Shown here: piece after piece, positions 7,486-16,791 of the stretch | Position numbering within the stretch: position 1 is the first letter of the stretch | Layout of the letters: the number at the start of each line of letters is the position of its first letter | From: Hyphomicrobium sp. | Lineage (GTDB): Bacteria > Pseudomonadota > Alphaproteobacteria > Rhizobiales > Hyphomicrobiaceae | Direction of reading: 5' to 3' | DNA length: 42,279 bases | Assembly: GCA_043718455.1 (NCBI GenBank) | Contig: JAYSVT010000237.1 | Coordinates: 1-42,279, forward strand | Notes under the pieces: model-generated | What the model was told of the DNA's origin: nothing | The model's database searches: none | Seen by the model: the letters and a program-made list of their open reading frames with translations, nothing else | Position numbers and translations under genes: made by a program

Positions 7486-7543
7486 ATATATCTAAAATAC
7501 AGGAATGCTGGTGCAGGTCCAGATGGACCAAGGTCCAAAACGC

Positions 7544-7572
7544 AAAAACCCCCGGATCGTAATCCGGGGGTT
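7544..7572 (-). terminator. Intrinsic terminator after rpsP
   Basis: AACCCCCGGAT-CGTA-ATCCGGGGGTT stem-loop with a T-run on the minus strand. Confidence 0.8.
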
Positions 7573-7600
7573 CGGGTGTCTGGCAATTGGAAGTCTGAGT

Positions 7601-7975
7601 TTATGCGGCGTCGGCGCTCTTAGCGGCTTCAGCAGCTTTGGTGGCCTTTTCAGCTTCGGCGGCGGCGCGCTCCACGGCCTTCTTCTTCGGCTTAGCCTTC
7701 TCAGGATTGTTGGGAGCCGTGCGCTTGGCGAGGCCAGCAGCATCAAGCAAGCGCATGACGCGGTCGGTCGGCTGGGCGCCAACGCCAAGCCAATGCTTGA
7801 CGCGTTCGGCCAAGAGCTTCACGCGCTCGGGGTTGTCTTTCTTGAGCATCGGATTGAACGTGCCGATCTGCTCGATGTAGCGGCCGTCGCGCGGGGCCGT
7901 GCCATGGGCAACGATGACGTAATAGTAGGGCTTCTTCTTGGTACCGCCGCGCGACAAGCGCATCTTCACTGCCAT
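7601..7975 (-). CDS. rpsP: 30S ribosomal protein S16
   Basis: [26 protein letters not shown] and GAQPTDRV motifs. Confidence 0.98.
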   Translation of the reverse strand: MAVKMRLSRGGTKKKPYYYVIVAHGTAPRDGRYIEQIGTFNPMLKKDNPERVKLLAERVKHWLGVGAQPTDRVMRLLDAAGLAKRTAPNNPEKAKPKKKAVERAAAEAEKATKAAEAAKSADAA

Positions 7976-8023
7976 TTAAGTCTTCTCCTGTTTTGAAACG
8001 AATTCGTGTTGAGTTTCGTGTCT

Positions 8024-9607
8024 CTACTTTTTCTTCCCCGGGAACCCTTGGAATTTTGGAAATCCGCCGCCTAATCCTGGCAGGCCGCCCGGCAATCCTG
8101 TTCGTCCCGGCAAACCCTTTGGCATGCCGCCTTTGCCGGATTGCGCGCCCGGTAGCACGTCTCTCAGGTCGGCTGGCAATTGATCGAGCGCTGCGGGATC
8201 GAGTTTGGCGAGTTCGGCTTGCATCGCAGCAAGTTCGTCAGCTGAAGGTGCAGCACCCATACCGCCGCCCGGCATCCCCATCATGCCGGCCATCTTGCTC
8301 ATCATGCCCTTGTTGCGGCCCATCTCCTTCATCATGTCGGCCATCTGCCGATGCATCTTGACGAGCTTGTTGATGTCTTCGGGCTTGGTGCCGGAACCGG
8401 CCGCGATGCGGCGCTTGCGTTTGCCGTCGAGGATTTTCGGGTTGCGCCGTTCTTGCGGTGTCATCGACGAGATGGCCGCGCGCATGTGCACGAAACTCTT
8501 GTCGGCTTTTGCTTCGTTGATCTGGCCTTTGATCTTTCCCATGCCGGGCAACATGCCCATGATGCCGCCCATGCCGCCGAGCTTTTGCATTTGCGCCAGC
8601 TGATCGCCTAAGTCTTCGAGGTCGAACGACCCCTTCTTCATTTTCTCGGCTATTTTCGTGGCTTTGGCGACGTCGATCGTTTGCGCGGCTTTTTCAACAA
8701 GCGAAACGATATCGCCCATGCCGAGGATGCGTCCGGCGATGCGTCTCGGATCGAAATCTTCGAGCGCGTCCCACTTTTCGCCAACGCCAATGAGCTTGAT
8801 CGGTTTGCCGGTCACCGCGCGCATAGAAAGTGCTGCGCCGCCGCGTCCGTCGCCGTCGGCGCGTGTCAGCACGATACCGGTGATGCCGATGTGGCCATCG
8901 AAAGCCTTGGCGGTGTTGACGGCGTCCTGGCCGGTTAGTGCGTCGGCGACGAGCAGCACTTCGTGCGGTCTAATCGCGGCTTTGACATCGCGCACTTCGT
9001 CCATCAACTCTTCGTCGACAGTGACGCGGCCGGCGGTGTCGTAGATGATGACGTCGTAACCGCCAAGCCGGGCGGCTTCTTCGGCGCGGCGTGCGATCTG
9101 CAACGGGTTTTGCCCAGTTATGATGGGAAGCGTCGCGACGTGCGTCTGCTCGCCCAACACCCGCAGCTGTTCTTGTGCTGCCGGACGTCGCGTATCGAGC
9201 GACGCCATCAAAACTTTGCGGCGCTCGCGGTTCGTGAGGCGATACCCGATCTTCGCCGCCGTCGTCGTCTTGCCTGAGCCTTGTAAGCCGACCATGAGGA
9301 TGCCGACCGGCGGCTGGGCCGCGAGATCTATGGTTTCGGCATCCGAGCCCAGCATGGCCACGAGTTCGTCGTTGACGATCTTGACGACCATCTGCCCGGG
9401 CGTCACCGAGCGCAGTACTTCCGCGCCGATGGCTTTGGCTTTGACCTTGTCAGTGAAATCCCGGACGACATCGAGCGCGACGTCCGCTTCAAGCAGCGCG
9501 CGGCGCACTTCGCGCATGGCTTCGCCGACATCGGCTTCCGTCAGCGCACCGCGCCGGGTCAGCTTGTCGAGGACACCGGAGAGGCGTTCTGTCAGCGATT
9601 GAAACAT
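8024..9607 (-). CDS. ffh: Signal recognition particle protein
   Basis: GLQGSGKTTT, DTAGR and RILGMGD motifs plus the Met-rich M domain. Confidence 0.99.
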   Translation of the reverse strand: MFQSLTERLSGVLDKLTRRGALTEADVGEAMREVRRALLEADVALDVVRDFTDKVKAKAIGAEVLRSVTPGQMVVKIVNDELVAMLGSDAETIDLAAQPPVGILMVGLQGSGKTTTAAKIGYRLTNRERRKVLMASLDTRRPAAQEQLRVLGEQTHVATLPIITGQNPLQIARRAEEAARLGGYDVIIYDTAGRVTVDEELMDEVRDVKAAIRPHEVLLVADALTGQDAVNTAKAFDGHIGITGIVLTRADGDGRGGAALSMRAVTGKPIKLIGVGEKWDALEDFDPRRIAGRILGMGDIVSLVEKAAQTIDVAKATKIAEKMKKGSFDLEDLGDQLAQMQKLGGMGGIMGMLPGMGKIKGQINEAKADKSFVHMRAAISSMTPQERRNPKILDGKRKRRIAAGSGTKPEDINKLVKMHRQMADMMKEMGRNKGMMSKMAGMMGMPGGGMGAAPSADELAAMQAELAKLDPAALDQLPADLRDVLPGAQSGKGGMPKGLPGRTGLPGGLPGLGGGFPKFQGFPGKKK

Positions 9608-9610
9608 CGC

Positions 9611-10255
9611 CTAAGCCCCCTCAACGCGTAAGCTCGAATAATCGATCATGACGTGGTCGCGATACGCCGGTCGCTTCGAGAGGCGCGCGTACCAGGCTTC
9701 GACGTTCGGCAGGCTCGGCCGCGCGATGGGCAGCGTGTAGTAACGGTACATCATGCCGCCAGATGGAATGTCGGCAACGGTGAGCGTGTCGCCCAGAATA
9801 TAGGGATGGTTGCCAAGAATTCTATCGAGGATCGCGAGCTTTTCCCCCGCGCGCTGGATGCTCGTATCAATCGCAGCAGTGTTGCGGTCTTTGGCCGGCG
9901 TGCGGATGAGCCCGAGAAAGATCGAGGTGGTGATATCGGGATAAAGCGTCGTCGTCGCCCACTCCATCCATTGGTCGGCGTGCGCGGCCTCATGCGCGTT
10001 GGCGGGCCAGAGCGTGCCGGTGCCGTAAGTGCGCACGAGATAGCGGACGATTGCCGAGCTTTCGAAGAGCGAGAAGTCGCCGTCTTGAAGCGTCGGGATC
10101 AACTTGTTCGGGTTCATCGCCAAATACTCGGGTGTGTTGGTATTCCCGAATGCCAGGCCCGCATCGATGCGCTCATGCGGTATCCCAAGCTCGGCAATCG
10201 TCCACATCACCTTCTGGACGTTCACGGAAGTGTTTCTGCCCCAGACCTTCAACAA
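9611..10255 (-). CDS. Glutathione S-transferase family protein
   Basis: KVWGRNTSVNVQKV, MNPNKLIPTL, LFESSAIVRYL and TVADI motifs. Probable TTG start at 10255. Confidence 0.92.
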   Translation of the reverse strand: MLKVWGRNTSVNVQKVMWTIAELGIPHERIDAGLAFGNTNTPEYLAMNPNKLIPTLQDGDFSLFESSAIVRYLVRTYGTGTLWPANAHEAAHADQWMEWATTTLYPDITTSIFLGLIRTPAKDRNTAAIDTSIQRAGEKLAILDRILGNHPYILGDTLTVADIPSGGMMYRYYTLPIARPSLPNVEAWYARLSKRPAYRDHVMIDYSSLRVEGA

Positions 10256-10289
10256 CTCTGCCGTTCCTTCGCGCGCGTTGTGCAAAACA

Positions 10290-10336
10290 AAAAAGCACCC
10301 GGGAGCGCAACGCGCTTTCGGATGTTGACCCCCCTA
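10290..10336 (-). ncRNA. ffh leader RNA motif (alphaproteobacterial)
   Basis: Minus strand GGGTCAACATCCGAAAGCGCGTTGCGCTCCCGGGTGCTTTT forms a nested stem plus U-run and resembles, from memory, the conserved element upstream of ffh in Alphaproteobacteria. Confidence 0.6.
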
Positions 10337-10563
10337 CCTCCCGATTCAACTCTCCCGAGTTTCCTCATGTGTAGGGCGGCGGCTCTGAACTTCAGGGCCG
10401 TGTGGATGGCGGGTGTATGGGGGAAGGGCGGAGGGAAGTCAATTGGCTTTGAGTGCGTTTATAGCAGCATGCGTTGCATCAATTAGAAGTGTTGGCAGCA
10501 TTAAGTACGGTTAATTCAATATGTGGGAAGCACAGCTAATGAGTATTGGGATTTTTAACTGCA

Positions 10564-10609
10564 TTAAGAATTTTTTAACTTGACTGATGTACGTAAGTTA
10601 CGTACTAAT
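10564..10609 (+). promoter_or_regulatory. TA promoter with operator palindrome and an adjacent CtrA-consensus box
   Basis: TTAA-N7-TTAAC at 10564-10579, TTGACT at 10580-10585 and palindrome GTACGTAA-G-TTACGTAC at 10589-10605. Confidence 0.65.
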
Positions 10610-10614
10610 CGCAA

Positions 10615-10980
10615 ATGCATGCAGTCGCTCAAACACATGCTTTTGTCCGTGCAGCGGTCGAGGCTGGAATGTCAGAAGACGAGGTGGATAACCTTGTTGT
10701 ATTTTTGGCTGAACATCCTACCGCAGGTGTTGAAATACCAGGAACCGGCGGCTGCCGCAAACTGCGTGTTGCAGGGCGAGGCAAAGGCAAGAGCGGCGGC
10801 TACAGAACGATCACGTTTTACTCGGGTGAGCATTTGCCCGTTTTCTTGATCACGGTGTTTTCGAAAGGAGAGCGTTCCGATTTGTCTAAGTCAGAGCGTA
10901 ACCGTCTTGGAGTGACAACCAAGGCGATTGTATCAGAGTATCAGTCAAAGGTCGCCAAGATGGCGAAGAAGGAAGCGTAA
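10615..10980 (+). CDS. RelE/HigB-family toxin
   Basis: P..G..IPGTGGCRKLR...GKGKSGGYRTITFY and VFSKGERSDLS motifs; toxin-first order. Confidence 0.9.
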   Translation: MHAVAQTHAFVRAAVEAGMSEDEVDNLVVFLAEHPTAGVEIPGTGGCRKLRVAGRGKGKSGGYRTITFYSGEHLPVFLITVFSKGERSDLSKSERNRLGVTTKAIVSEYQSKVAKMAKKEA

Positions 10981-10982
10981 CG

Positions 10983-11303
10983 ATGGGCAAAAAGGCATTC
11001 GATAAAATCGCTGAGGGCCTCAATGAGGCTCTGGCGATTGCGCGTGGCGAAAAGAAGCCAGCGAAGCTTTATGTACCTGCGGAACTCGATGTAAAGGTAA
11101 TCAGAGCAAAGCTTGAATTGTCGCAAGATGACTTTGCTGCGGCTTATGGGTTTACGGTCGATCAGATAAAGGCTTGGGAGCAAGGACGTTCGCGACCTTT
11201 GGGAGGGTTGCGCGCCTACCTAATGATGATTGATTTTGATCCCGAGCGTGTTCTTGCATTGCTTAGAACTGCAAGCACAAAGAACACAAAGAACGCAGCT
11301 TAG
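10983..11303 (+). CDS. HigA-like XRE HTH antitoxin
   Basis: FDKIAEGLNEAL, IRAKLELSQDDFAA and WEQGRSRP motifs; 2 bp downstream of the toxin. Confidence 0.9.
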   Translation: MGKKAFDKIAEGLNEALAIARGEKKPAKLYVPAELDVKVIRAKLELSQDDFAAAYGFTVDQIKAWEQGRSRPLGGLRAYLMMIDFDPERVLALLRTASTKNTKNAA

Positions 11304-11521
11304 TAATCGCAAAGAAGCCGACGTCAGTAGGGTCTTAAGCGCCGCGTTCCGCCTTTCAAAATGGCCGCCCACGCTCTCGCCAGCCTGAAAACCCGGCGTT
11401 GAGTAGTTCGCTCGTCGGGTGTTAGGCAAATGCAACCGTAGCAGTAACACGGCCGCTTCTTGGCAAATGCAATTCGGAACAGAAGTCCTTGGGGTTGTTG
11501 GTCCGGTTGAGGCATGCGTCC

Positions 11522-12685
11522 TCACGGTTTGGGCGACAATCTCAGTAATTTCCCGTCGGCGTCGTCGGTTAGCACGTATACCGCGCCATCCGGACCCTGA
11601 CGCACATCGCGAATGCGTTCCTTGCGGTTGGTCAAGAGCTGCTCGACCGCGACGACAGAGCCGTTTTCCAAAATCAGCCTTTGCAGCGTCAGGCCTGAAA
11701 GTCCGCCAGCCAAGAGATTGCCCTTCCAGCCCTCGAATAAATCGCCTGAATAAAACGCGAGGCCCGATGTGCCAATTGACGGTTTCCAATAATAGACCGG
11801 CTGTTCCATGCCGTCCTTGGCTTTGATGCCATCGCCGATTTTCTCGCCCGAATAATCGATGCCATAAGTAATGACCGGCCAGCCATAATTTTTCCCGGCT
11901 TGCGGCTGATTGAGTTCGTCGCCGCCTTTGGGGCCGTGTTCCGTGGTCCAAAGCTGACCCGTTTCGGGATCGAGCGCCGCGCCTTGAATATTGCGGTGGC
12001 CGTAGCTCCAAATCTCTGGGCGCACGTCGTCTTTGCTGACAAAGGGATTGTCTTTCGGAGCACTGCCATCGGGCATAATGCGAACCACCTTGCCGAGATG
12101 CGTGCCGAGATCCTGCGCACTATCGCTGAGATCCGCCCGTTCTCCGGTTGTGACGAACAACGCGCCGGTCTTGTCCCACACGAGACGCGAGCCGAAATGA
12201 TAAAATCCGCGCGCGCCCGGCTGCTGGCGGAAAATCACTTCGCCATCTTCTATGCGGCCTGTTTCGCCCTCAAGGATCAGTTTGGCGCGCACCACGCTTG
12301 TACCGTTCGTGATCGAGGCGCGCGGCTCGGCGTAGGAAAAGAAGATCGTGCCCGACGTTGCGAAATCTTGGCTCAGAAGCACGTCGAGCAGCCCGCCCTG
12401 GCCCTTGTTGACGACATGGGGCAAGCCTTCGACCGGTTTTGAAACTTTGCCGTCCTTGGCGACGAGGCGCATCGATCCGCCGCGCTCGGTCACAAGCATG
12501 CGCCCGTCAAGCAGAAACTGCAGCCCCCAGGGAAACTTCAGGCCCTTGGCGACTTCTTCGACAATAATCGAGGTTTTAGGAGCGGGCGGCGCATTGGTCT
12601 GGGCAGCAGAAGCGGCTCTCGAGAGACCAGAAAAGCTTGCAAGTGCGACGCAAGTTAGGAGGAAACGAAAAGGTTGCGGCAACAT
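11522..12685 (-). CDS. PQQ-dependent sugar dehydrogenase (YliI/GSDH family)
   Basis: Signal peptide; PWGL, GQGGLLDV, HFGSRL, SYGHRNIQG, EHGPKGGDELN, NYGWP and RIRDV motifs. GGAG RBS before 12685. Confidence 0.93.
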   Translation of the reverse strand: MLPQPFRFLLTCVALASFSGLSRAASAAQTNAPPAPKTSIIVEEVAKGLKFPWGLQFLLDGRMLVTERGGSMRLVAKDGKVSKPVEGLPHVVNKGQGGLLDVLLSQDFATSGTIFFSYAEPRASITNGTSVVRAKLILEGETGRIEDGEVIFRQQPGARGFYHFGSRLVWDKTGALFVTTGERADLSDSAQDLGTHLGKVVRIMPDGSAPKDNPFVSKDDVRPEIWSYGHRNIQGAALDPETGQLWTTEHGPKGGDELNQPQAGKNYGWPVITYGIDYSGEKIGDGIKAKDGMEQPVYYWKPSIGTSGLAFYSGDLFEGWKGNLLAGGLSGLTLQRLILENGSVVAVEQLLTNRKERIRDVRQGPDGAVYVLTDDADGKLLRLSPKP

Positions 12686-12737
12686 GAATACTCCGCCTGG
12701 TTTGTCTTTGTCCGTGGTCCTTGCCATATAAGAGCCC

Positions 12738-13610
12738 ATGACAGCATCCGCCACCATCCCTTACGTCAAGATGAACGGCCTCGGCAACGAGATCGTCGTC
12801 ATCGACTTGCGCGACAGCAGCAAAGTGTTCACGGCGGCAGAGGTTGCCGCCGTAGCAGCCAACCGGCAATCGCGCTTCGACCAGATGATGGTGCTGCACG
12901 CGCCCACGACCAAGGACACCGACGCCTTCGTGCGCATCTACAATGCAGATGGCTCGGAAGTTGGCGCTTGCGGAAACGGCACGCGTTGCGTCGGCTGGTT
13001 CATGGGGCAAGCGATCGCGGGGCGGACGGATTTCAAAGTTGAGACGACTGCTGGTATTCTTGTCGTGAAGGTCAAGGACGCATCTTCGATTACCGTCGAT
13101 ATGGGAGAGCCGCGCTTTAATTGGCAGGACATCCCAACAGCAGAAGAGTTCCGTGACACGCGCGCCATCGAATTGCAGATCGGCCCAATCGATGCGCCTG
13201 TGTTGCATTCGCCGTCTGTCGTCAACGTTGGAAATCCACACGCGATTTTCTGGGTTGACGACGTCAACGCGCACGATCTCGGCCGTTTTGGCCCATTGCT
13301 TGAGAACCACCCGATCTTTCCAGAGCGCGCCAATATCTCGCTTGCCCAAGTGACGGCGCGCGACGCGATCACATTGCGCACCTGGGAGCGCGGCGCCGGG
13401 CTGACCAAGGCGTGCGGCTCCGCTGCCTGTGCGGCCGTGGTGTGTGCGGCCCGCAAAAAGCTGACAGACCGCAGGGTCACAGTGACGCTGCCGGGCGGCC
13501 CGCTCTTGATCGAGTGGACCGACGCAAACCATATCCTCATGACAGGACCGGCCGAATTCGAGTTCGAAGGTCAATTCGATATGGCAACGCTGATGAAGGC
13601 GCCCGTTTAG
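12738..13610 (+). CDS. dapF: Diaminopimelate epimerase
   Basis: [27 protein letters not shown] and [12 protein letters not shown] motifs. Confidence 0.98.
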   Translation: MTASATIPYVKMNGLGNEIVVIDLRDSSKVFTAAEVAAVAANRQSRFDQMMVLHAPTTKDTDAFVRIYNADGSEVGACGNGTRCVGWFMGQAIAGRTDFKVETTAGILVVKVKDASSITVDMGEPRFNWQDIPTAEEFRDTRAIELQIGPIDAPVLHSPSVVNVGNPHAIFWVDDVNAHDLGRFGPLLENHPIFPERANISLAQVTARDAITLRTWERGAGLTKACGSAACAAVVCAARKKLTDRRVTVTLPGGPLLIEWTDANHILMTGPAEFEFEGQFDMATLMKAPV

Positions 13611-13710
13611 ATCGTTCGAGTGTCTAGGCGCGGCGGCTGATCTCAGTTACACCGCAGGACCGAACGCGACCTCGCCCGGCCTGCTTTTTTGGATTGAACC
13701 GTTTCACCCG

Positions 13711-15015
13711 ATGTCTGAACTTCAAGTCATCACGCTTGGCTGCCGGCTCAATGCTTATGAGTCTGAAGTTATGCGCCGTCACGCGTCTGAAGCGGGGCTC
13801 GACAATGCGGTCATCGTCAATACCTGCGCGGTGACAGCAGAAGCTGTGCGTCAGGCAGCCCAAACAATCCGGCGATTGCGCCGCGAAAATCCAAACTCGC
13901 GCATCATCGTCACAGGCTGTGCCGCCCAAATCGAGCCGGAGCGATTCGCCGAAATGAGCGAAGTCGATCACGTCATTGGCAATGGCGAGAAGATGAAGGC
14001 CGAAACGTTTCGCGGTCTTATGATCGACGATTGCGAGCGGGTGCAGGTCGATGACATCATGAGCGTGCGCGAAACTGCCTCGCACATGATCGATGGCTTT
14101 GGCAGCCGGGCGCGCGCTTACGTGCAAATTCAAAACGGCTGTGACCACCGTTGCACGTTTTGTATTATTCCATACGGGCGCGGTCCTTCGCGCTCGGTAC
14201 CGGCGGGCGATGTCGTCATGGAGATCCGCCATCTTGTGGAAAAAGGTTTTCCCGAGGTCGTGCTGACCGGCGTTGATATGACGTCGTATGGCCCTGACCT
14301 TCCGGGCGAGATGACGCTCGGCAAACTCGTGCGCCAGGTTTTAAAGCACGTTCCGGAATTAAAGCGCCTGCGCCTGTCGTCGATCGATCAGGTGGAGGCC
14401 GACGCTGATCTCATGCGGGCGCTGGCGGACGAGGCGCGTTTGATGCCGCATCTGCATCTCTCCATGCAGGCGGGCGACGACATGATCCTGAAGCGCATGA
14501 AGCGGCGCCACTTGCGCGACGACGCTATCCAGTTCTGCGAGACGGCGCGGAAGTTGCGTCCCGACGTCGTGCTCGGCGCCGATTTTATCGCGGGCTTTCC
14601 AACCGAAACGGACGAAATGTTTCAGCGCTCGCTCGACATTGTCGATGAATGCGGCCTGACATTCCTGCACGTTTTTCCGTTTTCACCACGCAAAGGCACG
14701 CCGGCTGCCCGCATGCCGCAAGTCGCGCGTCCCATCATTAAAGAGCGTGCCGCAAGGTTCAGAGCCAAGGGTGAACAGGTGCGCGACGCGTTCTTCGCCG
14801 GGCAAACAGGAACGATGCATGCGGTGTTGATTGAACGCGCTGGCACCCAGTCATCATTGGGGCGATCGTCAATGGGGCGCACGCCGCATTTCGCCGAGAT
14901 CAATGTCACTGGTGCTGCCACCGCAAGTGCTGGCGACATCATCACCGCGCGTGTCACGGGATTTGCCAATGGCCAGCTCGCGGGCGACGTGGTGCCAGGC
15001 GAGGTTGCCGCGTGA
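13711..15015 (+). CDS. mtaB: tRNA t6A37 methylthiotransferase
   Basis: TLGCRLNAYES, NTCAVT and radical-SAM CDHRCTFC motifs; dapF-mtaB-ftsY synteny. Confidence 0.95.
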   Translation: MSELQVITLGCRLNAYESEVMRRHASEAGLDNAVIVNTCAVTAEAVRQAAQTIRRLRRENPNSRIIVTGCAAQIEPERFAEMSEVDHVIGNGEKMKAETFRGLMIDDCERVQVDDIMSVRETASHMIDGFGSRARAYVQIQNGCDHRCTFCIIPYGRGPSRSVPAGDVVMEIRHLVEKGFPEVVLTGVDMTSYGPDLPGEMTLGKLVRQVLKHVPELKRLRLSSIDQVEADADLMRALADEARLMPHLHLSMQAGDDMILKRMKRRHLRDDAIQFCETARKLRPDVVLGADFIAGFPTETDEMFQRSLDIVDECGLTFLHVFPFSPRKGTPAARMPQVARPIIKERAARFRAKGEQVRDAFFAGQTGTMHAVLIERAGTQSSLGRSSMGRTPHFAEINVTGAATASAGDIITARVTGFANGQLAGDVVPGEVAA

Positions 15016-16082
15016 GCGAAGAAAAGCGCAAAGGCCTGTTTGGCCGTCTTTTCGGAGCCAAGGATGAACCGTCTGCGGTGCCGGAATTGGTTGACGATAT
15101 CGCGGATGCCGCGATCCCGCCCGAAACGACAATAACACCGGTGTCAGCAATGACACCTGAGCCATCCAAGCAGACGTGGTTTCAGCGTCTCAAGGCGGGT
15201 CTCGGAAAAACATCGAGTAAGTTATCGGACGGCATCACCGGGCTCTTCACGAAACGCAAGCTCGACGCGAACACGCTTGAAGACCTTGAGGACTTGCTCA
15301 TCCAATCCGATCTCGGTCTTGGCATGGCAACGCGGATCACGTCAGCGATCGGCAAAGGCCGGTTTGAAAAAGGCATCTCGGCGGATGAGGTGCGCAGCAT
15401 TTTGGCGAGCGAAGTCGAGCGTGTGCTGACGCCCGTTGCCAAGCCGCTTTTGGTCAATACCGCAAACAAGCCGCACGTGATCATGATGGTTGGCGTGAAC
15501 GGTACCGGCAAGACGACAACCATCGGCAAGCTCTCCGCGAAATTTGCGGCCGATGGCAAAAAAGTAATCATTGCGGCGGGCGACACGTTCCGCGCGGCAG
15601 CCATCGATCAGCTGAAAGTTTGGGGCGAGCGGACCGGTGCGGACGTGATCGACACAGGCGTTGGCTCGGATTCCTCCGGTCTTGCCTATGAAGCCCTGAA
15701 GCGGGCACAAGAACAATCAGCAGACGTCTTGCTGCTTGACACTGCGGGACGTCTGCAAAACAAGCAGGCTTTGATGGAAGAGCTCGAAAAAGTCATCAGG
15801 GTCTTGAAGAAACTCGATGGTACCGCGCCCCACGACGTAGTCCTTGTGCTTGATGCAACGACTGGACAAAACGCGCTCCAACAAGTGGAAGTTTTCAGGG
15901 ATAAAGCGGGGGTATCAGGCCTCATTATGACAAAGTTGGATGGCACAGCCAGGGGCGGTATTTTGGTCGCAATTGCCGAGAAATTTAACATGCCCGTGCA
16001 TGCAATCGGTGTCGGCGAAGGGATAGACGACCTGCAACCATTCAGCGCGGCCGACTTTGCCAAAGCAATTGCAGACGCGTAA
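15012..16082 (+). CDS. ftsY: SRP receptor FtsY
   Basis: GVNGTGKTTTIGK, DTFRAAA, DTAGRLQ and TKLDGTARGG motifs. Confidence 0.98.
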   Translation: MSEEKRKGLFGRLFGAKDEPSAVPELVDDIADAAIPPETTITPVSAMTPEPSKQTWFQRLKAGLGKTSSKLSDGITGLFTKRKLDANTLEDLEDLLIQSDLGLGMATRITSAIGKGRFEKGISADEVRSILASEVERVLTPVAKPLLVNTANKPHVIMMVGVNGTGKTTTIGKLSAKFAADGKKVIIAAGDTFRAAAIDQLKVWGERTGADVIDTGVGSDSSGLAYEALKRAQEQSADVLLLDTAGRLQNKQALMEELEKVIRVLKKLDGTAPHDVVLVLDATTGQNALQQVEVFRDKAGVSGLIMTKLDGTARGGILVAIAEKFNMPVHAIGVGEGIDDLQPFSAADFAKAIADA

Positions 16083-16150
16083 GGGTTCAATAGGAGTGGA
16101 CGGAGGCTGCTTTCAAGCCGCTCCGAAATAGAAAAAGGACTTAAAGGTAC

Positions 16151-16786
16151 ATGAGCTTGCGGCAACGCCTTTTCCCATTCAACGCCGAGCAGACGATCAA
16201 TATCCTGAGCGAGTTCGGGCCTCTCGTGACGATGTTCATCGTCAATGCAATGTACGGCATCAACGCTGGAACATGGGCCTTGATCCTTACGACCATCTTG
16301 GCTGTTGCCGTGATGTTTTACATGTTCCGCCGGCCGCCGTTCTTTCCGCTCATCGCATCCACCGTCACGATTGTATTTGGCGGTTTAACGCTCCTCACAG
16401 GCAATCCTATGTGGGTGCAAATCAAGGTGACCATATTCAACGCGCTGTTTGCGTTGTTCTTGATTGGCGGGCTCGCCATCAAGCGCAATTTTTTCAAGTA
16501 CGTCTTTGATAAGACGTTTCACTATACAGACGAAGGCTGGAACAAATTTACTTGGAGCTTCGCGGCCTTTTTCATGTTTACGGCCGTTGCGAACGAATTT
16601 GTGCGCCTTACTTTCAAAGCCAGCGAACTCTATGATTTTCTCGGCTATCAGTTGGACGGCATAAACGTATGGATCTTGTTCAAGGTCGCGTTCATTCTGC
16701 CCATTACGTTGCTCTACGCTTGGTTGATGACGCGCAATCTGCAGAAGTACCGGTTGCCGGCGCCATCGCCAGCCGGCGGAGCGTGA
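16151..16786 (+). CDS. IspZ/YciB-family inner membrane protein, paralog 1
   Basis: EFGPL, FGGLTL, QIKVTI, TDEGW, ANE and WILFK motifs. Confidence 0.85.
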   Translation: MSLRQRLFPFNAEQTINILSEFGPLVTMFIVNAMYGINAGTWALILTTILAVAVMFYMFRRPPFFPLIASTVTIVFGGLTLLTGNPMWVQIKVTIFNALFALFLIGGLAIKRNFFKYVFDKTFHYTDEGWNKFTWSFAAFFMFTAVANEFVRLTFKASELYDFLGYQLDGINVWILFKVAFILPITLLYAWLMTRNLQKYRLPAPSPAGGA

Positions 16787-16791
16787 TAGCT

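Noticed and set aside
10468-10480. TGCGTTGCA as another PhaR box
   Set aside because: Only the TGC-N3-GCA core matches; the flank deviates and no PHA-related gene is adjacent.
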